Part shown: piece after piece, positions 39,001 to 50,875 of the stretch
Layout: every line of letters begins with the position of its first letter
Position numbering within the stretch: the stretch's first letter is position 1
DNA from: Podarcis vaucheri
Taxonomy: Eukaryota
Direction: 5' to 3' (one strand)
Length of the DNA stretch: 64,000 nt
Assembly: GCA_965113315.1 (NCBI GenBank)
Contig: OZ220365.1
Notes under the pieces: model-generated
What the model saw: the letters and a program-made list of their open reading frames with translations, nothing else
The model's database searches: none
Told to the model about the DNA's origin: nothing
Made by a program: the position numbers and the translations under genes

Positions 39001-42000
39001 GATTAAAAAAGAAATGGATGATATTTTCAGAGGTGAAACTGGGAATTGCGAAGAAGCAGAGGCAATACATGTCCTCCACCCCCCAACATTGATGTTAAAG
39101 ACTTTGCTCTCAGGTCCTTTCCTTATTCTCATATATGTCAACAGCAGCTATTCACTTAAATGAGAGAAAAGTAAATAAGAGCTCATATTAAATAGAAAAT
39201 AAAATCCTGCCACTGGACTATATGGTGTATATCTGTTGACAGTAAGATAGCATTCGGTATGCGACTTAGGCCACAGTGCCAACTGGCTTCATTACAATAA
39301 ATGAGTTAATATTTCCTCCCTTTCTAGATGCTTACACTGAAGATGATCTCATGCTGTACTGGAAGAATGGCAACGACTCCCTGAAAACAGATGAGAGGAT
39401 ATCGCTATCCCAGTTCCTCATACAAGAGTTTCACACTACCACCAAACTTGCCTTTTATAGCAGCACAGGCGAGTGAATTTTGACAATAAAGGCTGGACAA
39501 GGCTTAATTATTGTCGATTTTTATGGAAATAGGTTTGATCTCTACTTGGAGAAACTGTCTTTGGACTTGCCAGAGAGGCTGCTGTGACATCATGTCACAC
39601 TTTGTCTTCAAAGGGCTTCAAAGGGCAAAGGGCTCAGCAGCCGATGCCAGATTGTGCTCCTGAACCCCAAATTTGGGTTTTTGCACAATGCTGTAACCCA
39701 GTATCTTTGGTACTGGGTTCATTCAGAGAGCTTATTATTAACAGGGTGATAATCTCATCCTGTAGCAACTGCGTTTTGAAAAGGCTATTTAGAAAGGAGT
39801 TGCTGTGCAGTAAAAGCTTCAAAGTTCTATGACCACCACCATGCAAACAACATGGTAGTCATCTTTGGGGACTGCTGTTTTGAAGTCTCTATTATTCAGG
39901 AGTACATCTAAGGTGTGCAAAACGTTTGGATAGTTGTAGTTATATGAGGTCAGCACCCTTCATAAACTACAGTTCCCAGGATTTTTTGGGAGAATGCAAT
40001 GACTGTTAAAGTTGTGCAAGATCACTTTAAATGTAGTGTGGATGTGGGCTTTTGTGATTGACTTCTACCTTCTTTGTCTCCTGTAGGCTGGTACAACCGC
40101 CTCTACATCAACTTCACTTTACGCCGGCATATTTTCTTCTTCTTACTCCAGACCTATTTCCCTGCCACTCTGATGGTCATGCTGTCCTGGGTGTCCTTTT
40201 GGATAGACCGCAGAGCTGTGCCTGCAAGAGTTCCCTTAGGTAAACAAACCAAACCTTGCTGTGTCTGGCCTGCTCTTTTTATAGCATTGCCAATCCAGGA
40301 GGGTCTGTCTGAACAGCAGGTGACGTTGCAATGTCTGAGACTTTTTCTCACTCCCTTCTCCTATTTGTTGGAGTATTAGCTGGCCATGGGGGGGGGTCTG
40401 TGGCAGGTGGAGGCCTGGATGCATCCACATTCAGGGATGGCACTGTAGAAATAGGCTAAGCGTTGCTTATTTATTAGTCACTTTTCTGAGCTAAATACTC
40501 AGAAAGCAACGTAAAATAGAGAAATAATATTAGTAATACATTTTGCAGAGTATGAAGCATCGAGTAGGAAATTATATTTTAACATTTCAGTGGTTCCATC
40601 AGTAGGCATAGCTGTGATTACCGGTATCTTCTCTGGATTATTATTTATTAAATTTGTATTTGGATCTCCTAGTTCTCTCTTCCCTTCCCAATTCATTGCT
40701 TCTGATGTGACAGTTGTACTCTTCTCTAGCCTATGCAGAGTCCAATGAAGTCATGCCCGTTAGGAAATAGGCAGGGGTTTATGGTGTAGTATCTTGAGAG
40801 AGTTTGAGTAGTGTATATTTGCAGCACTGCATGTGACATCATAGACACCAAAGTAGACGGTATCAGCTCCTGGACCTTTTGCTCTTTCTCTCACAAGTCT
40901 TTAGTCAACGGCACAGGGCCAGTGCAAAGCAGGATTCTGTCAAAGCCCAAGCAGGGAAATCTTTTTTTGCTGATGTAAATGATGAGAGAAAAGTCTTCAC
41001 TCACAGGGATAGGATATAAAGTGGTCACTGCGCTCACACTTTCAGCAGTGATTAAACTGCATATGCAAAGCTATTTGGTTCTGACCAATATTAATTGATT
41101 GGTAACGAATACAGGGTTGTGGCCCCTTGCTAAGGGGTAATTATGCACTACTGTGACTTCAGATTGTCACATTTTGTGGTCATCTGCCTATTTACCTTCT
41201 TGTTGTGCATCATTGCTATTTCGATCCGTAACTTAAATATGTAGGAATGTCCTGTCCTTTAGATAATTATTTATACTTTTCAAATGGAATGTGGAAGTGG
41301 CACAGAACGTAATCATAGCTTAGATTTAAAATGTGTGAAACAAACAAACGGTCAGATTTATCCATCCTTCCTTGAGAGACTGAATAGTTTACAGCACAAT
41401 CTGCAAAGAACTGAGTCTAAGTTGAATGAGGCCTCTAGGTAATTGTGCTTTGGATTCCTGGTTTGCACTGCAATCCAACCCAGAAGTAAACCTCAGTGTT
41501 TTCAGTACAGCTTACTCCCTAGTGAATATGTTTAGGACTGCAGCCTTGGTCTAAATCTGTGTCCAAGGGCTATAACACCTGCCCACAGGTCATCCATGCA
41601 TCAGCTCATGCAATCCAGCACACAATTTGCACCAGGCCACAACCAGAGAAAGGTGACACCATGGAAGATGATCGCACACTATTCAAAGAAGGTAGAGCAG
41701 CCCACCTCAAGCTAGCATTTGATTTCTTAATGAAACACTTGGCCCTCTGTTTAGGGTAAATAAAGCCAACTTGTCACCAAAATGACATCTCCAAACGGAT
41801 TATTGTATGTCTCCAGGGATCACGACGGTGCTGACCATGTCTACCATCATCACGGGCGTCAATGCCTCCATGCCTCGGGTTTCCTACATCAAAGCTGTGG
41901 ACATTTACCTCTGGGTCAGTTTTGTATTCGTCTTCCTTTCGGTGTTAGAGTACGCAGCAGTAAACTACTTGACTACAGTGCAAGAGCGAAAGGAACGGAA

Positions 42001-42241
42001 GCTGCGAGACAAGGTAAATGTAACGTCATTTGGTGCCGTGCAGATAAAATGGTTGTGTACGGTGCTTTTTTTCCTAGAAAAATACGTGCTGGTACAGTAA
42101 GTGCCACACTTTTTAACAACAAAAAAAGAGGTGTCTAAAAAGAGATGTCTTTACTGCGTACCCTTGAGTACCCCCTGGCAAAAAAAGCACTGGCTGTGTA
42201 GATTCTAAAGATGAATCAAACAACAGATAGACAGACAGTCA

Positions 42242-42275
<34 letters not shown>

Positions 42276-43642
42276 GGGTCTAACAGTAAAACTGTGTTCT
42301 ACCCAAGGGTATGTTCAAACCAGTTTTTTGTTTTTTTTACTCGGGTTGGATCTACACATGCAACATGAGATGCCTGAATACTAACTTTTTTTAAAAAAGG
42401 TAGAAATGCTGCAGCTCATATGCCACTTCTGAACATTTCCATGTTAAGAGCAGCCTGCTAGATCAGGTTAATAGCCAGCATCCTATTATCACAGCGGCCA
42501 AGATGCCTATGGAAAGCCCCAAAACAGAGCCTGACTGCAACAGCACTCTCCCACTAGTGATTACCAGCAGCTGGCATTCAGAGGCATGTTGCCTCTGACA
42601 GTGGAGGTGGAACATAGCCATCGTGGCTGGTAGCTGTTTATAGAATTTGTCTAATCTTTTTTAAAACTCATTCAATTTGGTGGGCTCCCACTAGTTTTCA
42701 ATTCATTTCCTAGCATGGAAATCACATTTTTCACAGCTGTCTTGGCACAGCGATGGAAGACTGCACTCACTATAGGAAGGATGGTCTGGAAAAACCATCA
42801 GTTTCTTCACATGAATTTTAATGCTCATGCTCTACAGCCTACACAAGCACACTGACTATCTCATATTGGACAAAATGAGCCTGAATGTGGCTTGGTTCCA
42901 TGGTGCCCTCTATTAACAGAAAAGCACTTGCAAAAGTGGGGAGGTGCCCCAATTTCCACCCTTTTCTCGGCTGCATTAGAGAATAGGGTGGTATATAAAT
43001 TATAACAACAACAACAACAACAATAGAGGGTCCTATTCTGCGAGCATATATCTGCTCACCATTTGGAAGAGCAACTCAAACTCCCGTATTGTGTATTTTC
43101 AGAAATTTACCTTTATATCAGCTATCCTGGCTAACAATGCAGGAAATCATTGCCAGATAAGAGAAACTGTGCTTAGATGAGATGAGTCCTCGCCTATGGA
43201 TCTGTGACAGAAGCAAGAGCTTAAGCCTGCATTATTGCTACACTCCAATATGTCAACTGCCAGTTTTCCCCCTTCTTCAGACCTTCTACCCTATAAAGCC
43301 AGGCATTAAGATTATTCCTGAGTACAACTATCTTCCTTCTTTCCTCTACAGCTTCCTTGCACTTGTACACTACCTCAGTCAAGGCAACTGATGGGGATGG
43401 ATGGCAGCTATAGTGACGGGGAGGTGAATGAACTGGGACAGTATGTGTCTGAAAATGGAGATAAACAAGACCGAATGATGGTTCAGCTGGCACTTGGCTC
43501 AGAAACGAATTCAAGCAGGAGGAAAAACCAGAGATACAGCAGCATGAGAATTGATACACACGCCATTGACAAGTATTCCAGAATAATATTTCCAGGCGCA
43601 TACATTTTATTTAATCTGATATACTGGTCCATTTTTTCATAG
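15233..43642 (+). CDS. GABRR1: GABA-A receptor subunit rho-1 (Cys-loop ligand-gated chloride channel); 10 coding exons, 479 aa
   Basis: Exons of 122+54+107+68+224+83+141+153+197+291 nt = 1440 nt splice in frame. The protein has a signal peptide, Cys loop [16 protein letters not shown]1-M4, the rho1-type M2 ARVPLGITTVLT and C-terminus [10 protein letters not shown]. Confidence 0.98.
23297..23887. mobile_element. Non-autonomous hAT DNA transposon (591 bp)
   Basis: Perfect 12-bp TIR catagctgtcaa/ttgacagctatg, perfect 8-bp TSD ttccagat, subterminal AAGGGAC repeats. Confidence 0.9.
24045..24096. repeat. (GAAA)13 microsatellite
   Basis: Read directly. Confidence 0.97.
26943..27078. mobile_element. 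Palindromic hAT MITE (136 bp)
   Basis: TIR cagtggYggccaaaYttggccc and perfect 8-bp TSD ctataggc. Confidence 0.9.
29914..29967 (+). CDS. GABRR1: GABRR1 coding exon 2 (54 nt)
   Basis: Acceptor ttttgttcatag|; encodes (S)[17 protein letters not shown](G); donor GG|GTATGC. Confidence 0.93.
32041..32147 (+). CDS. GABRR1: GABRR1 coding exon 3
   Basis: [35 protein letters not shown]; AG/GT boundaries. Confidence 0.97.
35052..35246 (+). mobile_element. tRNA-derived SINE with CR1-type tail (degenerate copy near 30520-30680)
   Basis: tagctcaatggtagag A box; tail ctagatggacc..ggtctgac..gtataaggcagcttcctatgttcct. Confidence 0.7.
35981..36048 (+). CDS. GABRR1: GABRR1 coding exon 4
   Basis: [23 protein letters not shown]; ttttttatag| and |gtaagt. 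Confidence 0.97.
36175..36350. mobile_element. Palindromic MITE, PIF/Harbinger-like (related copies near 25420-25575, 29135-29300, 39910-40050)
   Basis: Shared gaatcctgg.aactg / actatagttcccaggattc inverted core; tta/taa flanks. Confidence 0.55.
36577..36820 (+). mobile_element. 5'-truncated Sauria SINE with 14-bp TSD
   Basis: Homologous to the 7418 copy from tgccaacctagcag onward; TSD taatgtgaattaat at 36561-36574 and 36821-36834. Confidence 0.9.
36867..37090 (+). CDS. GABRR1: GABRR1 coding exon 5
   Basis: [19 protein letters not shown]...[14 protein letters not shown]...VLYSLR; tag| and |gtaagg. Confidence 0.98.
38304..38386 (+). CDS. GABRR1: GABRR1 coding exon 6 (Cys loop)
   Basis: [27 protein letters not shown]; tag| and |gtaagt. 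Confidence 0.98.
39328..39468 (+). CDS. GABRR1: GABRR1 coding exon 7
   Basis: [47 protein letters not shown]; ends at a GC donor (CAG|GCGAGT). Confidence 0.96.
40087..40239 (+). CDS. GABRR1: GABRR1 coding exon 8 (M1, start of M2)
   Basis: [51 protein letters not shown]; tag| and |gtaaac. Confidence 0.98.
41817..42013 (+). CDS. GABRR1: GABRR1 coding exon 9 (M2-M3)
   Basis: [66 protein letters not shown]; cag| and |gtaaat. Confidence 0.98.
42243..42273. repeat. (AC)n microsatellite
   Basis: Read directly. Confidence 0.95.
43352..43642 (+). CDS. GABRR1: GABRR1 coding exon 10 (M3-M4 loop, M4, stop)
   Basis: [24 protein letters not shown]...[30 protein letters not shown]; polypyrimidine tract and cag| acceptor. 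Confidence 0.97.
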   Translation, partial: LPCTCTLPQSRQLMGMDGSYSDGEVNELGQYVSENGDKQDRMMVQLALGSETNSSRRKNQRYSSMRIDTHAIDKYSRIIFPGAYILFNLIYWSIFS

Positions 43643-43861
43643 TTATTTCTTTAGCCAGTTTCCATGTGGGTGGGACATGTGTTAACTGTATGAAATTAAT
43701 GTCCATCAAGAAAATGTGACAATAGAGACTGTTTGATACTCCCGTTACATGAAATTAACACAATGCACTCTCCAATTTATTATACTGAGACCTAAGTGGA
43801 AATCTCTGCTGAACTGCCAGTTTCACCAGGCCTCAAAATGGCCATCATGGTCAATCAAAAC

Positions 43862-43867
43862 AATAAA
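43862..43867 (+). terminator. Candidate proximal polyadenylation signal for GABRR1
   Basis: First AATAAA seen after the stop codon (about 220 nt downstream); usage unproven. Confidence 0.3.
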
Positions 43868-46800
43868 AAGTGGGGAGAGGGAGGAATGAAACTTTGCAAA
43901 GCGACAAATGCTTTTATTTCAAAAGACAATATGTGATAGGCATTTTTAAAGTACAGAATATTCTAACAGTGTCGCTATGATGGGAAGAGGAATTTCAGAG
44001 CACATCTGTGTTCCAATTACAGAAATGATGGACCATGTTAATATTTTTGTTTCAGTTTGTAAATATATACAATATTGTAAAATTATCTATTTAAGTGTAA
44101 ATTGCAAATCTAAACAGTGTACTGTACACTTTTACCACCAAGACTCTTCTCAAGTAAAACATCTACTTTTTTGGCTTACAGGCATGTGTGTGTGTTATTG
44201 CTAATCAGTCACTTGTTGATGTCACCCTCTAAGGAAAGTAAGGGACCTACAAGGTTCTTATACCATTTTCCTTATCAGGATGCCCAATGTTGGTTATATT
44301 AGAAGTAACATTGATTAAACTCACTCACTTACTGAACATTTACCCAAGCTGAATATCCTGGGTGAGACACCCAAGGTTAATCTGATTAGATGCAGTGAAA
44401 CCAATGGATTAACTAAATTAAAGCTGTTGGTTTCAATCGGTCTACTCGGAGTATGACTGCCATTGGATATCATGCCCTACAAGAGGTTCCACAGGAATTT
44501 TCACAGAGCTACCAGGGATGTTGCCTGTGCCTCTCTCATATTGAGGTATATTGACATGGAAAACAATTTCTAAAGCAGGAATGCAATTTAAACCATTGTG
44601 TTTAAAAAGTAATATTTGATAATACTCTATTAAGCAATCGAAATTAGTCTGCTAAGAGAGATCATATGCAGCATCACAGCTTAACAAGCAGGATCACAGA
44701 GGTCTTTTTAAAATTTCCATGGCCTATGGAATTCTTCCAGTTTAAGTATATAGTCTAACAGATTTTAGTTCAGAATTGTTAGAAAACTTTACTGTGTCTC
44801 CAAGAAAGGATTATCTAGGCACCTTTATACAATTTTTATAAAAACTATGTTAAGAGAACACAGTACAGTGTTTCTGCACATCTCAGGTGCTCAAGAGGTC
44901 CACTGTTATAAACAAACCGAGTCGTGTGTTCAAGACTGAAAATGATTTTAATACATTACAAGCTCTTGGTGGTTTTTGCTGGAATGAACATCTCACTATA
45001 AAAGCACAAGGCAAGATTGAAAATGGTTGGCGACACATCTCAGGTGGTCAATACATTGCAGAACTCAGGACTGAGCAGGTAAGATTTTCAATTTGACCTT
45101 TAAACTTCATCTGTCAAAATGACTGGCAGACAAGCTTGAAGGCATTACTACACAAGAGGAAAGCTTAACTTCTTCAAGCTCATCTAGGCAACTAAGAAGC
45201 ACCAGAATTTCTGTTACATTTAAAGGTTGAAAAAGAAGCATGCATTTATTAGCAACATACCCAGAAAGCTTCACTGAGCTAAATTAATGGAAACACATAA
45301 TTGCTATCATCATCATCGCATACCTCATTGCCCTTGGAAAATGAATGCACCGTAGTTGCAGAAGAAGCCCAAGCAGAGGGGTGGCAGTGGCGATTGCAGC
45401 AACAGCAGTGGGACCAGCGGCATCTCTGCTGCCGCCTCAGCTCCTTCAGGCATACCACTATCCTCTGTGGTTGGCTCACTTTGCTAAGGGTGGAACCGGG
45501 AGGGCGCATGAAGCAAACTTTGCCAGCGGCCCTTTAGCCTAACTTCCAGCTCGTACACACTCAACGTTGAACCCTGTCTTTTGCCTTTCTAAGTACCCAT
45601 TTGTTATCTGGCACAGAGCTACTTCCTTTGTTACTTTGATGGCCCATAACATCACCAGGAAGGTTGAATCCATGCTGGATCCAGGAATTAGAAGGGTTTC
45701 AGGCAAGCTGTCACCCTACCTGCTTTGTGGGTCACCCGATTCTGGTGCACGTCAAATAAATGCGCTCCCACCTCTCTCGATCTTTCAGATTCAGGTGGGT
45801 GGCTAGGGCAGCTCAGAAGGGCCCTCGCACAAACGCCTGTGTGTGCAACAGTAGAGGCCTGGCTGGAAAGCTTAAAGCCTGCTCCTGCAGCTACACAAAG
45901 GATGGATTGAAGAAATATGAATTGTCCCTGCCCCGTAAGCTTGACCAATTGCGGCTGAGCTACGTGCACAGATCTAAAAAAAGTGTAGACTCACACATGC
46001 TGGCCAGCTTCCATTTTAACCTGAAATGTTTGTTTTGCACTTCTCAGAAGTGGGTAAAGGCAAGAAGCAGGCAGCACACAATGGCACCCACCTGAGAGGT
46101 GCCAGAACAGCCCTCTTGCGCATTCTGGCTACAAAAAAACACTGAGTATGTTGAGCTGCTCAGTTGAAAAATTTGTACTGTAGGCCTTACAGGATTTAGT
46201 GAAGGATGATCAGCCAAGTAGGGGGGTGTTGCTGCATTTCTAGAGATTTATACTCAGTTATTTGGCAGTTTCCAGCCTGTTTCATAATGGAGCATACCAT
46301 TTATGCTTTTAAATTATTTTAAACTTTCACCCAGAGAAGTTAGATGACAAATAAATGAATGAAATAGCCTTAATGTAAGGCATAATGTGCTTCCTCAACA
46401 GAGATTTAGAAAGCTCTGGAAGTCCTCTTTTTGCAAGTTTCTGTAAACCGCTGGGAGCCTTATTACTATCTGATGTGACATCTAAATCATCACGTGGTGC
46501 TACTTCGTAGATAAGACATTTACTGTTAGTTTTGTTGACAATCGCTATTCTGATGGTCTGTTTTATGAGTTCCCTTGTAAGTGGCCTCTAGCAATTATTA
46601 AGAGGGGATAAATATTCAACATTTAAAAAAGATACAGCTGCATAAATCTTCTTGCCTTTATGGGTTATTCAGCTGACAGCAGGTAACCTTTGACAATGTG
46701 GAATGCTGCTGAGTATTTAATAAATTATTGCAAATTCCTTTCTTTGGCAAGCTGCCCTGCCTGATTAAATGATGCTCTCAAACCAACATCACAGGCATAA

Positions 46801-48349
46801 TCCCCAAAGAGTGTTATTTTATCTTACTTTTTCCGTTTTGTCCCTTAAAGTTCCTGTAGTTTTGCATTCTCTGGGACTCAATTTCTCAGCTTCAGCCAAA
46901 CTATCACAATGAGCAGTCTTCGTCAACTTTAACCAGACTCTTCCTATGTTTAAGTAGTGTATTTGTTTATTAGGATATACCTGAGAAACACAATATAATG
47001 TGCAAGTCAATTTTATTCTTACAATCCAGAATGTACTTACACACAGCATACCAAGAAAGCTGAATGTACAAAACCAAGTGATAGCATCAACAGTGGCTCA
47101 CTAGAAAATCATAAAACACGTTGAGCAAAAGTACTTTTATAGCAATAGTTTATAGTGTAGCTCAAGTTTTTATTCAAACAAAACATTCTGTGTACAGATG
47201 GCACAGGAAGCTGCTTCAGCCCCTGAATGTACCTTTTCTCAAATACCTGAATTCACTGCAAAACATTACACTTGCAAAGATAACCCTTAGAAGTTATAAA
47301 AAAAAGGAAAACCACCAACTCTTGAAATATACTTGTGTATGTTTGCTGTTACATTTGTTCAAGTAAATTCACCATCCAAGCTACATATACATTTTTACCA
47401 ACCTGCTGTTGCAGGCTCTTCATTCTTCAAAACTGAGTATATAGATTCAACAGCATACAAGATTTGGTGCAGCAGCAATAGCCAAGACACTAAAAAGCAA
47501 ATATGCCTTTACAACAGCTTGCAGCCTAAAAGTAATGTTGACTAAAACCTTTGTTTGGTGTCCTTGTCCTACTTAAGATCCAAGAATAACTGTTGTCTAC
47601 TGAAGAGTTGCATTCTATTTAAGGAAGCAGTGAAAAAGTTGCTTTTTCTTGTTAATTCAGGTTACAGCAAAAGTGCAAAACCCTAGGATTTAGCAGTGCA
47701 TTGTGTAAGAGGCCACAAATGGCACTAGTGATGAAGCGCACACTATCTAGTTTGGTACATTAGACGAAAAGCCACCTCCTAGTAAGGGGGAGCCATATAC
47801 GTCCTGTGGAATATACAAAAATGGCACTCACGCTTCAGACTTTACTTATGGCTTACTTGGCAAAAAGTCTGTCCAACCTGGCATACGGAATCACTGCATA
47901 ACTGCTAGACAAGAATCAGAACTGTAAAGAAAGCCTCAGCGTTATTAACAGAAATAAGCAATGGCGTACTAACAAAACTAACGTTACTGGACAAGGCGTT
48001 CTGAAATTATAAACCAATGGGACTTACTGCCTTAGCAACTCACCCGCACACAAAAGAAATCAAACACCAACCCGTCTGATCTTACAAAGAAAAGACATAA
48101 AGTTCAACCACCTCAGATACAGTCTCTAACCCACAATTTCAACATGCCACATGGTCACATGGAAATCGTATATCCCTACAGGTGCTCCATGCAGCAATGA
48201 TCCGTGCAAGAGGCCTATGCAAAGCACTTCCTCTCTGATCATTGGTTGCTGGCATGGCATGCTAATGCTGTGCATGGATAGCCTCACATTCAAGAAGACC
48301 CTTTTAATATGAGTGTGCGGCTGCATAAATGGTTCCAGGTAGCCTTATG

Positions 48350-48514
48350 TTTATCTTATTATTGTTATTATTTTCCAGATTATTACAAATCAAACCAAAT
48401 TACTATAATTTAATACAATTGCATAAATCCTCTCCTTCCCCTGCCTGAACTTCCTCGCAGCCCCCGGAGGGCTATGAAGAACAACTATCAATGATCATGG
48501 GCCTGGCCGGAAAC
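48350..48514 (-). mobile_element. 165-bp retroposed insert with 15-bp TSD
   Basis: ccaggtagccttatg at 48335-48349 and 48515-48529; A-rich (AAT)n-like end on the minus strand. Confidence 0.7.
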
Positions 48515-50630
48515 CCAGGTAGCCTTATGCTTAGACTAGATCTTTTCCTGACACTTGAGCTTTAAAGCAACTGCTGCGCAATCCATGTGGCCTACAGCTT
48601 GATTGTTTTTTCTCACTGGATTGTGCTTTGTAAACAGAAAAAAGGTAAATTGTACTCTCCCATGATAGTAGCAAGATTCCACCTGTTTGATCTGTCAAAT
48701 AACATTTATGCATATATTTAAAAAAAAACAAATTAAAACTGTGATATTAAAAACCATGCAAGAAACACAGGAATTCACAATAAATCAATTTCCCTCTTTT
48801 CTTTCATGTTCAGATAAGGAATACAGTATGGTTGGGATGGCTTCTACCACTAAAAGTCTCAGCCAAAATCTCCTTGCAAAGGAGGCCTCTGCTAAGGAAT
48901 CAAGTTTGGAATAGTAAGCAAAATATTGAAATAATGCCCATGACACTGTTCAGCGGTTGCCACCTAAGCAAGTTTTCATTACAGAACACTCAGAGCAACA
49001 ATCCAAGACCAATGGGTCTTGCAACCTTTGGGTTAGTTCCAGTCTGTTCATGTCAAGTGGCACTCCTGGATCCAACCTTTTTGAGTTTGCAATTTTAGCA
49101 AGTTGTGAAGCTGTAACAGGAGTCTTTGCCAGGTTTTTAAAAGACTATCAGAAATATGCAGCATTCTCCAGTCAATGTATCTTGCTCACATCCTGCTTAG
49201 GCAGCAACTTGCACAGCTATATGGTTGGAGCAGAAATAACCCTGAGCTCAATAAAATATCGAGTTCACCTTTGGTACTAATGTTTTCAGAAGCAAAGCTT
49301 ACACAGTTGAATGAGGAGACATAACAAGAATCTTAAGAGACACTGATCCTTTCAGTGCAAGTACTGATCAGCTCCAAATCCCACTGAGGACGACTTGCCC
49401 TTGCTTACTAGAGGGAAAAACAACCTTCCAGAGCCTTTCTCCCTCTTCTGAAAAGGTGAAGAGTTATTGCAAAAACTGTGTTTAACTGGATGAAAGAAGC
49501 TGAAATACTAAATACAGCATGGTAAGATTAATATTTTCTTCTGAAGTTGACCCAACTCTTAACAGGATCAAAGTATTGAAGCATAAGTTTGATACAGTTA
49601 TGCATATTAAAATTTGCTATGCCTACTAACTAGCCCATGATTCAGCTGTGTATGATTTCTGTTCCCTAGCAAGTTAGGACAGTGCAACATTTGGGGAAAC
49701 AGCTGTATGCTGGTAAAAAGAAAACCGCTTCTCTTCTTACAGCATTGGTGGTGGTGGGAAAAAATAAGTGCTGTGGTTAATAATTTCCTAACATGATCTT
49801 CCAGTGCTTGCTAATGGATGTTAATTTGCTGCAAAACATTCCAACATTCAAATGTGCAGCTCAAAAAGTTGTCTTCAGAACAGTTTCTACAGGTGATGTA
49901 CAAAATATACATCTCTGTTTCTCCCTAGATCGATTTGTGCATTTGAGCATGTGTGCGCTTCAGTCAGAAATGCATATACCTTAAGCTCTGCTAAACTTGC
50001 TGCAATTCTTTCTGTTTATGAATAAAAATAATGCCGTATATTCATTTAAACCAGTAGAGCTTTTGTAACTCAGCAAAATGTGAATAGCCTTTTTTACTGA
50101 ACCAACTGACAGGTAAAAATTGAGAAGAAAGGCAAGACAAAAAGAATAAATAATAACATAATAATGGAAGTATTTGACCCTCAAACAGAATATTGTTTAG
50201 GCAAACAAGCGGGCATAAAGACAGCATTTATATTGTTCTAGAATACAAAATTCTGTGCAGAGTTTGCTCCCTACAACACTTACAAAGGAAATTTCACATT
50301 ATGCTTAAGAGGACAGGAAATTAGTGTTTTCTTTCAGCATAAGATATGTTTATCTACTATTAGTTTAAGTAACAGGCAGTGGTGCGCTATGATACCACTA
50401 ATGCAGCTTAGGCAGTGGTGTGTTACATAATTATGGTTACAATCCTGCAGCATTTTCCTGGGAGTAAACCCCATTAAACTGAATAGGAGTCACTTCTGCA
50501 TAGACATGCAAAGGATTGTACTTCAAGTCAATTTTGGTGTGTAGATTAATATATGCCAAATACAAAGACCAGCTTGATTAGAAGACAGCTGATCTTAGCA
50601 TAGGCAAAGAATAATCTAGACAGCCTAGTT

Positions 50631-50875
50631 AGAAGAGGAGGAAGAGTTTGGATTTGATATCCCGCCTTTCACTCTCCTTCAGGAGTCTCAAAGCGGCTAA
50701 CATTCTCCTTTCCCTTCCTCCCCCACAACAAACACTCTGGGAGGTGCGTAAGGCTAAGAGACTTCAGAGAAGTGTGACTGGCCCAAGGTCACCCAGCAGC
50801 TGCATGTGGAGGAGCGGAGACACGAACCCGGTTCCCCAGATTATGAGTCTACCGCTCTTAACCACTACACCACAC
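50631..50875 (-). mobile_element. tRNA-derived SINE (Squam3-like)
   Basis: Reverse complement closely matches 3235-3485. Confidence 0.85.
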
